From assembly GCA_002269645.1 (NCBI GenBank), contig NIVC01000100.1:868001-932000 (forward strand): 64,000 nucleotides of DNA, written 5' to 3'. The notes beneath the pieces were generated by a model. It did no database searches and had not been told where the DNA came from. It saw nothing but the letters and a program-made list of their open reading frames with translations. This document shows, one piece after another, positions 33,932-46,005 of the stretch. This stretch comes from Macrostomum lignano (Eukaryota). Each line of letters begins with the position of its first letter. Within the stretch, counting starts at the first letter, position 1. The position numbers were made by a program, and so were the translations under genes.

Positions 33932-36900
33932 ATGGAAACATCTTCATCTTCATCATCGCCCGAGCAATCGGTAAGGCTTTCAGTTTATGAAACTTTATCA
34001 CGCGTATGATACTGACCAGAATTTATTGTAATAGTTAGAAAAGTGTAGTTATAGGGAAACTTCTAAGGCAGATAATGAGGCGCAATGGTTTTTTAAAGAT
34101 CGCATGCGTAGAAACTAGGGTCGGTTTGGGTGCCTTGTGTTTTCTTCTTCTCAGTTATATAAATATAAATAGCAAACTAAGTAATGAATTAATATACTCG
34201 TATTTATGTACACATGCTCAGCGTAAAGTATTATACACATCTAAGGGCGTAGACTATTTATTACTTCGCTTGTAAAGACAAAAACGCGGCGTAGTTTCCT
34301 AGAGTTGAACTGTAACACTGAGGGGCGCGAAAGGGTGGGACGCTAACCCGACAATTATAGATACAAAACAACCAGACCTATAGGGGTTGAGCACGCAAAA
34401 CAGCGCAAAAAGCCAGAAAACCACATTCCATGAGCCAATCAAAAACAAAAACGAGGGCAGGGAGCAGCAAACGTGGGCCTGACGCAGCGGAGGGGGTACG
34501 CCAATCCCCAGCCAGCCCCAAAATGCACTGCGCCTTGACAGTCCGACAAGGACAGAAGCACTACATACAGTATGATTGTAAATTTACCATAATTCAGTTC
34601 AATCTGACACAAAAAGTGCATAACCTTATTCTGCAGTCGGTGGAATCAGACAATGAAAGAGAAGACGAAGTACCCGTAGATGCTTCAGGAGTATCACTGA
34701 TAGAAAGAATTGTCTGCCAAAATACACGAGTGGACGCAAGAAAGCTGCTAAGCTTAGCTCGAGAAGAAACCAAACCAAGCGCTGCCATCATGCAGTTGAT
34801 AGCCTCATTAAGTCATCCTGATACAAATGAAGACGAATGCATCCATACGGATGCATTCAAGCTTTTTCAGAAAGAAATTCCCAAAAGCTTTCAGCTAGGG
34901 CTATCAGAGAGGCGCATAGTTCACAGTGCGATTAAATCAGACTGCACGCTACTGCTAGATTTCCTGGCCAAACAAAACTGTTATCTCACAGTAGAGCTGG
35001 AAAATGCTGACCCTCTGGGCCTGGCAGCAGAGTGTAGCAAGCTCAATTCAATGCGCTATCTGATCCAGACGTCGCTTTTTGATTTAAAGCAAAAAGAGCA
35101 GAATGGATATTCGTATTTGATGAGAGCGTGTCTCGGACTAAATGTTGAAGGTGCAAAACTTCTAATTGATAAATTGAACATGGATAAACGCTGCAAAAAA
35201 GAGGAACTGCTCGAATATCGCAGCAAAAGTAAAAACACTTGTGTTCATTTAATATTGAGCTCAAACTACAACTGCGATTCCCAAAACGGCAGTTGTAAGC
35301 ATACTGAAATGCTGGAATTCATTAGAAAACAGACATCAGATGAGGAATTTGATAGAACACTAAAGGCTAAAGATGAAGCTAACTCCACAAATATTCAACG
35401 AGTAGCTGCCAACAACGGGTGTAAAATATTGCTGGAATACTTGCACAGACAGAGAGGTTTAAGCCTGGATGAACCGGACAATGACGGAGACACTGCACTT
35501 GGAGATGCCGCTCTCCATGGAAAACTCAGCGCCCTAGAGTACCTGGTGCAGAACGGTTCTAAATTAGAGCATCGCAACAAAAAAGACGAGACGGCCTTCT
35601 TGCAGGCGTGCCGCGGATTGCAGTCTGAAGCGGCAAAATATTTGGCCGAGGAAGCAAAAGCTGATGTACTTGCAGAGGACTTCTGCGGTAACACCGCCCT
35701 TCACCTTACCTGCACAAAGATAATCGATGACAAAAATGAAGATGAATTTCTGAGTACAATCAAATTAGTAATCACACTATTGGCTAAGCAATCTGGTAGA
35801 GACAAAGCCGTGCTAGAACTTCTAAGTAAAGAGAACCTCTCAAATCATAACATGATGATGGTTCTGGCGGATACAGGAAATTTGGCTCGCTTTGTGTCCG
35901 AGTACCGTATTGGTGACCTCAGTCTCGAAGAGCAGTATACAATATTGCAAAATGAAGCTGAACGTACCAACATTTTGCACGTGTACTGCGCCAAGCACAG
36001 TTTGCAGGAGCTGGAAGATTGCTTTTTACAATCAAATTTCAAAGATCACTGGAAAAGTCTGATCGAAGCCAGAGTTCAAACAGGCTTCTACAAAGGTTAC
36101 GGATGCTTGCACTTTGCGTGCCAGGCTGGTCACCTGGAGAACATTAACTACCTGCTAAATAAGTATCCTGACAGCATGAAACTCAGTGACGGCCAGTGCA
36201 GCACAGAAACGGCCACCTACTACGAATGACTGAAAAAACGTCTTTCGAAGAAATGATTTGCGCCATTGACGATGTAACAACAGCGCTAAAATTACCGACT
36301 GTTGAAGAGGCCAAAGCTACCTTGCTGCCGATCTGCGAACCTGAACTGAAGTCAGCCGTGATGAAGCCTGACTTACACAAAAATGAGCAGTATGTCTCGG
36401 GGCGTTCATCAAATGAAGGGCTTGGTGGTGTCCAATACTCCTACGGTGCTAAACTGCTCTACCTGGCCTTGAAAGAGGACTCAGTGGAAATCTTTAGGTG
36501 CATTTTAGCTCTTGGATTCTGGAGTTACCATAAAACGAGGACTGGTGCTAAGGACTTTGACAGCTACATTCGTCATCGTATCAAAGAGAGCAAGAATAAA
36601 AATCCTAGTATTGGTGACGTTCTACCAAGCCTGCAGAAAGGTTTCAATCACTATCTGTCTTGGAGTTTACAAAAGGCTGAAACAGAACATTGCTTTGACC
36701 TTCCAGTTCCAAGCTTGCTTGGCATTGCCATCAGATCTGGACGCATCAATATGGCAAAAGATCTCATCATGCTTGAGCAGTACGACCTTATTCCTACCTG
36801 CTTGCTTGTAATCGAAGAGTGCCAGTTTCTCATGAAAAATAAAAAGAAAGTTCTGAAGGAATGTGTGGAGGATCTTCAGAACTTCAGTCTCAATGTCGCT

Positions 36901-38570
36901 CTGAATGCCATGCACGAGTTAGACTCGTCTGCAGATGATGAGAGAATGGAGCTACTTCACAAATATATTGGTGCCAGGTTCCATCACTCTGGCCAGCAGC
37001 CATTTTGCGCAGGAAAGTGCGTATTAGAAAATCCCGATTTCGTCGGACCGAAGTACTTCTCCTTCGGAGACGTTAAGCGCGAAGAAGAGCTGTCGGCCTT
37101 TGAGCTGGCAATAAAATCACAGAGCAAAGAGTTTATTGCATCGAAGGGCTTCAAGCACTTTTCAAAGTTTGAGTGGGAGCAACGCAAAACAAAACGAATA
37201 TCAGATTCGTCACCGGAAGTAAAGTTTTACATTCACTTCAGCTTTTTCATCATATTTTTTGGTCTGCTTACATACTACGTTTGCAGTCTTGAAGCTAGGA
37301 CGGTTTGGATAGACATTGTGATCGCCGTGTTTGCGCTATCGTTCTTTTTGCAAGAAGTAATCGACTTCATTCAAACAGTTTCGTCAAGGCGTCCTCGGGA
37401 GCAGCTTGGGGACAGTTGCGCTCCAACTTGGAAGAGTACTTTCTAAACATATGGAACTGGATTGACCTCGTAGGAATCATTTTGCTGCTTGTGGGAAACT
37501 CTTACAAGTTTTATCTTGACAGTACGCACAATTCTAAGACTAAGATTGTTTCAGGTGACTACTTCGCAGTTAGATTGGTTTTAACGATTGCCCATGTTTG
37601 TTGGAGTTTCCGCCTGATTTCATTCCTTCGAGCATTTCGCCATTTCGGACCACTGCTAAGCATGCTGAAGAGGCTTATAAAAAGAGACTTGGTTCCATTT
37701 CTTGTCATCTTTATTATAATATGCCTATCGTTTGGAATTCTGTTCCTTAATCTACTCCACCCGGACCTTCGAAGTTACACACAAAGCGGTGCTGTTGGTC
37801 AAAGAAGCTTGTTGAACCTGCTGTCCATCTACACGACGCCCCTTCTGACGGCGTTTGGAGAGATGGAGATGGAAGAGTTGGCAGGCTGCGAGAACATCAA
37901 TGCGCAGTGGCTGAATCTAAATGAGACTGCCTTACCGTCCGACGCCATCTGCACCCACCCTGTGGGCACGTTTCACTACAGAAAGTACCTCATCCTGCCG
38001 TTCCTTTTCCTCATCAACCTCACCATGCTGAACATGCTGATCGCCAAGTTCAGCCTCACTGTCAGCAGCAAGGAGGACGTGGCCTATATGATTTGGCGAC
38101 GCTACGATGCAGAGCTGCTAATGGACTTTAGAAGGTCTCCGATGCTTCCTCCACCGTTTACTCTGCTGTGGCTTCCACTGTGGCTCTTGTATTTTCTTTT
38201 AAAGACATGCCAAAAGAAAGGTCACAATACTTTTCTGTGCTGCCACAACCAAGTTTCACCGTCCTCTGAAGGCATTAAATTTTGGTGGAGATGCGACAAT
38301 GATGAAGGTCGCGACGGTGCTGATAGCAAACAGAAAGATTTATTAGATATATTTTTCGAACGAAAATCAAGCAATCCTGATTCGTCATTCTGCCACAATG
38401 AAGCAAACGGCCAATCTGATATAAAATTTTTTACCAATTTTCTGTTCTTTCAAGCCTGCACATTTAGAGGCAAACGCAGTGGATTCACGAAGCCTAGAAA
38501 AGATCACGGATCGGTGATTGAAAAACTGAAAGTCGACATTTCACGGCTGTCTTCACCTGGAGCTATGTGA
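33932..38570 (+). CDS. Ankyrin-repeat TRP cation channel with TRPM/TRPC-type S1-S6 and TRP box; exons 33932-33970 and 34598-38570; about 1337 aa if two frameshifts are restored
   Basis: Exon 1 METSSSSSSPEQS|GTAAGG joins TTCAG|TTC in phase 0. About 10 degenerate ANK repeats, FELAIKSQSKEFIAS..W, S1 SPEVKF, WNWID, FGPLLSML, pore TAFGE, S6 LNMLIAKF and W...LPPPF. Frameshifts fall at A3 36207-36209 and T3 37379-37381. Confidence 0.85.
34311..34565. mobile_element. Possible solo LTR in TRP intron 1
   Basis: 255 bp bounded by TGTA...TACA and GC-richer than its flanks; no target-site duplication found. Confidence 0.3.
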
Positions 38571-40913
38571 AAGTTACACTCAAAAGAAGATTTTGAATTT
38601 TTCTTAACCATATACCCTACAGTACGTGTTGTGTTGTAACGTTTCAAACTCTATTTGACACCACTTTTACAGTTGGTAAAATTAAGCTTTAAATTTGCTG
38701 CTAACAGTTCATGACAGTAATTATATCATGTTGTGGCAAACCAACTAACCAATTTGGTCTTTTGGTCTTGCTACGAGTCATTTGACATAGAACTAGACGG
38801 AAAAAGCAAACAAGTTGATTATTCGACCATGGACATCCGCAAAAAAGGATGCCAGTAGAAACCTCTCTCATGTATTCTCTATGTTTCTTTAAAACTGTTA
38901 TCAAATTTTTAGTTCATATGAAATCATGATTAAATAAACATCGATCTCCACATTCGGTAAAAGATCAGAATTATCAACTTGCGTGCCTAAACTAAATCTT
39001 TAGTAATTAAATAAGAATCGTAATCATAAGAATCTTTAACAACATTTATTAAATCTCTTTTATAACTTCAATACCACTGATGGCCCACTACCTTTAAAGC
39101 TTGTCCTTTTTTAAAAGAAAACGCCTGCTGTGCCTTCTTGCGTGTGTTACATTCGCCAATCGTGCGAATTTTCTTGATTGATTGGTTGATTGGTTGAGTG
39201 ATTGGTTTTTCTACGGCAGGAAGTTTTCCATTTTTTAGCGCCAAATGTAGCATAATATTCTCACCTTGGGGACTTCCAAATTGCAAATGAAGCAATTTCG
39301 TGTTCCTTCCGAGGTGTATCAATTTTATCAAGCCATTTTTACGCTGATATGCTGAATTAACGTTTTGCTTTTTTCTATCTCTTTTACTAATTTTTTTACT
39401 AACTTTTTGTGAGTGCATCTCACATATTGAATTTAGAGTTGGGTAGCCAAAGAAGGTGAGATATTCGGAATATTAGCTATAAAAATTGACAACTTCCTTT
39501 CTTGTTGATACATATCATACATTCGTTGACCATGAAAGAAACATAAATATTAATCATAGATTTTATTTTTTTTAAACTGCTAAGCTACATGTCTTGATGT
39601 TGTGCTGTGTTGCCTAACTTTATTGCTCTGCTCTTTAGTCCCTCTGTTTTCGATACTTTTTTGTTATACTTTGAAAAGTAGATTTTTGATGCTTTGTACG
39701 CTTGTTTTCATTTTCGCCTTATTATTTTTTGCTATTGATACACTAAGGCAAGCCAATCGTAACTATGTAAATAGTTACGATTCAAGACGGCAAAGTACCT
39801 ATTTTGAGACTGCAAAAACTAAAAGAAAATTTACTCTATAAATCAATATCCACGTTGTCCTCTTCTAACAATAGATTTTTTGTTTCTGGATAACATTCGT
39901 AATCAATTTCAACTTAAAATCAAGATTTTCAATCGAAAATTTGCATCATTTCAGTTTCTTTATTTTCAATTTTTGAGACGCAATAAAAAGTTAAAAAATA
40001 AAATTATGTGCATTGACAGACAGGAATAAATACAGTATCGAATTATTCTGGTTAGTGAAGTTGGGCGATCGAATTCCGAAGTTTCAGAATTCGAACTTCG
40101 CGCTAAAACCCAGCAAAATACGACTAGCCAACTGGACAAAATAAAAAAGTTAGGTTCAGATATTAAAATTTAGCAGTCAGCTGCACGCGGTGTCGAAATA
40201 AGAGTTCACGTGCTGGAGGGTAAGGTAGAGAGAGGCCGTTTGAGGGTTTGAGAGCCCATAGTTTTGTGACAGATAAATGAGACAGATATGAATGCAGTTT
40301 CTACTTCAAACTATCTAAACCATGAATACTCGTAGCATATTATGAAATGAGAAACCGATTTATAAATTGTATTAAGAAACTAGATAACCCACCAGTGCTG
40401 CCACAGACACTAGCTACCCAATGTAGAAACCATTTTGACAACAAAAGCTCTAGCTAATGATGCAAAATACAAAATATCTTTCTTTGCATAAACTTTTTTT
40501 CAGAGCTAAAAAGTAAAATAGTAAGACCGTCTACAACACAAGAAAGTAGTTATATTAGAGACGACAGCAGGGCACGGAAAAATGAGAAGAGCATGGCTAG
40601 CTAGATGATGCTTTAATTACTCTGCGTCTATGTGCGTTTCATTTCTGCCTCAGTAGCATATCAAATATAGTTCTTAGGGTGCGTTTCAGTAGCTTTAAGT
40701 GTACTAAATTTTAGGAATAATCAGTTTAACTTAATGGCTCAACCTTTGGAAGCGCTTGTACATGTGAACACGGTACAGTTTATAAGCATTGCTTTTGTCA
40801 GAAAAATTAATAGTTAGCCAACCAAGTTGAGAATTCACATTTGGCATGGAACTTGATGTTTAAGCATCACTTCAATGAGCTAAACATTCAAAAACAGTTT
40901 TGAAAACTGACAG

Positions 40914-41678
<765 letters not shown>

Positions 41679-43916
41679 ATACGACTGGCTTCCACAAGCA
41701 TGGTATCCTTTTTGTGCAGATAGATGTCCATGGCCGAAATGTCAACTTGGTTGCCTTTTTCCGTTAATGTATCTCTTTCTATATCTATGGGAGACCAAGC
41801 AGACCAAATGCTTTTAAATGGGAATTCTAAACTTGGTTGACTAAACTATCAACTTGACTGGCAATAGAAGCTCATGCTCTAAAGAAGAGACAAGATAGAA
41901 ATAGAAGAAAATGGGGAAAATGGCCAATATAGCGTTGTTTAGTGTTGATACGATCATAGATCTTATATTCCATAGAAAGACCACTTTCTATTGCTGCAAT
42001 ATGGAAAATTTGACCGCTGTTTTTCGTCATGGGTTGCCTAAAGTTTGAATTCAGTAGCTTAGGGACATAGACGCTATTTTTTGAGAATTTGTTTCATTTG
42101 CTAGCATCGAACCGTGACAATAAAACGAATGCAATCGGAGTTGAGGCTGCGAAAAATGCATGCACTGCAGAGACTACTGACGAAATTGAGTTCAGTAGTT
42201 GATTTTCGCGCTGTAGCGAATTGAAAACTTTTCACGCAGGCTTCATGGTTACATACGTGTAAGTGGTTAATGAGTGGCGTGCGCGTGCAAAACACGAAGC
42301 TTAAAACTTCGTTCATCGTGATGAAATATGAAGACATGGCAAAACAGCACTTAGCTACTGTTGAATATCTCGACGGTATTGAGGTGCGGCGACTTGATCT
42401 TTATTTGATGAGTTTAAGGGCCGTTACCCCATATCCTAGGTATTCTTTATGTCTGTGATAATGTACTCTTATTTTATCTTACCGATATTTCACTAACCGT
42501 ATAAATTCCCACCGATATTTTGGGCATTTAAGATAAGAAGTGACTTTTTTCAAAGACTTTTTGACTTTTTTGACCTCAAAAATTGAAAATCAGAAAAAGG
42601 GGAGAAGGCCCTCAATAGGTCTATGAGATTGGTATTTGCTAATTGCTATGAGGTTTGGTAGAAGATTTCTCGTTAAAAATTGGTTTTGTTGTCGAGAAAA
42701 CATGAAATACAACCCGGAAATTAAAAATCAAATTGCGTTTTATGCCTATGGTAAAAATGCATCCCGGAAAAGACCCAGCGTCGAGGCGGTAGACGGTTCC
42801 GAGGGCGGATACGTGGCATAATCCTCGGGCTGTGCATATTTCGTTCGATGTTCCGTCTCGTCTCATTACGAGCGTACGAACGAAAATGTAGAGAATTACT
42901 GCATGGCTGCGCCAATCCATGATAAAATTGAGTGCTCGCAGGACCAACTATAGGCTGCAAAAATGTATCTTATCAGACTGTGAAGTTCTATGAACTGCAA
43001 AGTTTTTAGATTGTCACAATGTAATACTACTTATATGAGTACAACTATGATTAGCAAAATAAGTTGTTTTTTACATGAACCTAAACATAAATCGTGTCAG
43101 AATTTTTTAATAGACCGAAAAGGCTGGCCACTGCTAGTCTCAGAGCTCTGAAATGAAATTCCAAGGGAAAATCCATGCAGAAAAGACTTCATCAAGCAGA
43201 TCTAGAGCTGCATGTAAACGCTGGGCCCCTCCAACCCCAAGGTGCATGATCCATAAGTTTCAAAATTACCTTAAGCATCACAAGAAAACATAAAATTAAA
43301 TACGCCGTCAGGTTTTATCAAGCAGTGTTACAGGGCCGCTTCTGGGGCTAGGGCGCGAGCATCGACTTTGCTGCCGACCATAAACCATGCATAAACCAAA
43401 ACTGGAATTCGGATGTGGACCTACCAGCGTCTAGGTTTTCTATTCCAGACGGTCTTGACTACCGATTGTAATATAGCACGTCTTTCTGTCCTGCCACGGC
43501 TCGCGGCGGCATCGCGCATATCTTGCAAAGCTTACAGTAGATATGCAAAGCTTACCAGAAACTGAGTTGGAAATCTAAACAACAGCGTCAAATCACACAA
43601 ATCACAATATGGGCACACAAATTACCTATTTACGAGCGTAAGAGGTTAAAAAATAATAATATTTTTTCACAAGAAATCTCGCGGTAAAGATAGATATAAA
43701 AATAGTTGTTTCACACTCAATAATAGAAAAGACAAGTCACACATTGTACGTGTATCTATAAAGCAGAAAATTAAATACTTGGTGATGAAAAAATGTAACA
43801 GTACTCTAAAAACATCTAGACGATTCTGAGTCAGTTTTGACACAAAAATACGAGCATACGAGTACTTTAGGCAATTCACAGTCATCCATCCGATGATGAC
43901 ATGACCGTGAGCCATT

Positions 43917-44975
43917 CTAATGCTTTTCCACTCGAAAGCCAACGCTGCCACCAGCGTAGAAGTGTCCTCGCTGGGCTAGTCGCCAATCGTCCGCCGAATT
44001 CCGTTGTCCTTGACGCTTGTCGTCATCGAATGAACTCGCCTGGCCATCGGTGACCTTTGCAACGTTGCGAATCGGTTCGTTAAGCAGTGTTGGCGGTCCG
44101 TCGCGCGTCTCAAAGATGGCCGCCATTTCCAGATCGTCGGTGCCTCCGTTTGTCCCTTTGACTGATAGAAGCTGCGATCGTCTGGTCTGATACTGCTCGT
44201 GAAGCGACTGTCCCTGCTGCGACTCCGAAGCGCTCCAGTCATTCTGCCGATGATGCGGCCCAGCTGGAACGGTGATCTTGGTAAAGAAGCTTCCACCTGA
44301 TGAGGTTGACGGCACCGGCGGAGTGGCAGGCTTGTACGGTAGGGGGTTTCGACGATGAATCACGGCATAGTCTGGTTCCCTGGCTTTCTGCACGGGCCTG
44401 CCGCCTCCATTGTCCGTATAGTCGCGGGACTCGCCGTTTCCTTGTCTGAGTTTACTATGTGATGAAGCGAGAGCGGCTCGATTAATCGATGAACCAAACT
44501 CGGACGCTTTAGCGAATTCCTCCATGTAGGCTGTGCGATGTCGATTGACAACGTCGATGACGACTTTAACGCTGACGGAGTCGTTCAATCGCATGATGGT
44601 CACGCAGCGTTGGTCGTAGTCTTTGACGCATATAACGATATTCGTTGGTTCATTTGTGAGTACAATGATGTCGGACAGGCGTTGGTACCGGATGAACTCG
44701 ATCGGCATTGAGGCGAACATGCCATGATCGCCCAGTTGAATTCCGGTATCAAATACTCGCAGCTCTGTTGTGACTTTTATATGTCGTCTCTTGGCTTTGT
44801 CGATTAGCTGCCTGGCCACCATAGCGTTGAAATCTTCGTCCGGCTTAATCAGGAACCGACCAACAACGCGTACCTTGGTTTTGAGCACCTTTTGTCCGTG
44901 CTGAACTGGCTCAGACTTTATCGACATGTTCTTTGTCGATTCGTCGATCGTTAGTCTTGAGAATCTCTTTATCAA
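43917..44975 (-). CDS. Uncharacterised 352-aa intronless protein; N-terminal about 150 aa possibly PH/PTB-like fold, disordered C-terminus
   Basis: Long non-repetitive ORF with ATG start. The beta-strand-like pattern ending in a helix is suggestive only; no family recognised with certainty. Confidence 0.55.
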   Translation of the reverse strand: MIKRFSRLTIDESTKNMSIKSEPVQHGQKVLKTKVRVVGRFLIKPDEDFNAMVARQLIDKAKRRHIKVTTELRVFDTGIQLGDHGMFASMPIEFIRYQRLSDIIVLTNEPTNIVICVKDYDQRCVTIMRLNDSVSVKVVIDVVNRHRTAYMEEFAKASEFGSSINRAALASSHSKLRQGNGESRDYTDNGGGRPVQKAREPDYAVIHRRNPLPYKPATPPVPSTSSGGSFFTKITVPAGPHHRQNDWSASESQQGQSLHEQYQTRRSQLLSVKGTNGGTDDLEMAAIFETRDGPPTLLNEPIRNVAKVTDGQASSFDDDKRQGQRNSADDWRLAQRGHFYAGGSVGFRVEKH

Positions 44976-45714
44976 TTAATTAAACTTTGAGTTGCTACTT
45001 GGCTATGTAGGAAGCAAAGCTCGGAATGCGCGATGCACAATAAGTAAAGCCGCTTCGTCTTGCTTGGTCAGAGCCTTTGGAAAGAATGTTTAATGGTTAG
45101 AGAGGAGAGAAACAAGACAGAAGAGACAGCTCCGACTTTTTGATGCAGAATGGGCTGGCAGGCGCAGAGCGCAAGTAGTTTTTATTCAGTGCTCAAAGTT
45201 CAATAAATAAAATCTTTCTCTTTCATTCGCACAGGTGATGGCGCATCTCAGTGTCTGCCCACACACTAGTATCGCCCTCTCAGAGGCACAATAGTCAGAA
45301 AACACTGCATTAGATGGAAAAGCGCTTTTGCTTTTTTATGAGCCGAGCAAGGAAAGAATGCGGTCTGCTCTGTGCATGCATTGGGTGGTTGAATGGGTGG
45401 GTGGATGGGTGGGTCCGACTCATTTCGAATTCTGTAACTGTTCTGAATTCTTTAAGATAATTATAAATTGAATTAAACTTGTATAGCTTTAGCTAATAAC
45501 ATGCAAAGGTCAAATATAACGTAGGATGATTTCGCAAAATAATGATTACATGTAGCAAATGCAAAGGCTACTTGAAGCAAGGTTGGGTACCAGGGGTTCG
45601 CCATGGATTTTATGGTGGGGGGCAAAACCAAGAATTCTGCATATTGTACATGCACATGACAAAATTCCTACATGGACATTATTTTCAGAATGGTGCTGTC
45701 AGAAATTATTTTAT

Positions 45715-46005
45715 TTAGCGCCGCAGGCACTCATTTTAGCGCCCCAGGCACTCATTTTAGCGCCGCAGGCAGTCATTTTAGCGCCCCAGGCACCATTTTG
45801 GCGCTGCAGGCACTCATTTTAGCAATAGGCACTCATTTTAGCGCTGCAGGCAGTCATTTTAGCGCTGTAGGCACTCATTTTAGCACCGCAGGCACCCATT
45901 TTAGCGCCGCAGGCACTCATTTTAGCGCCGTAGGCACTCATTTTAGCGCTACAGGCACCATTTTAGCGCCGCAAGCACCATTTTAGCGCTACAGGCACCA
46001 TTTTT
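45715..46005. repeat. About 21-bp minisatellite (CAGGCACTCATTTTAGCGCCG), about 13-14 copies
   Basis: Direct reading; some units are shorter variants. Confidence 0.95.

Noticed and set aside
34430-34597. ATG 34430 as the TRP start
   Set aside because: It lies in a probable intron/solo-LTR-like insert; an upstream exon with a phase-0 GT-AG junction explains the 5' end better.
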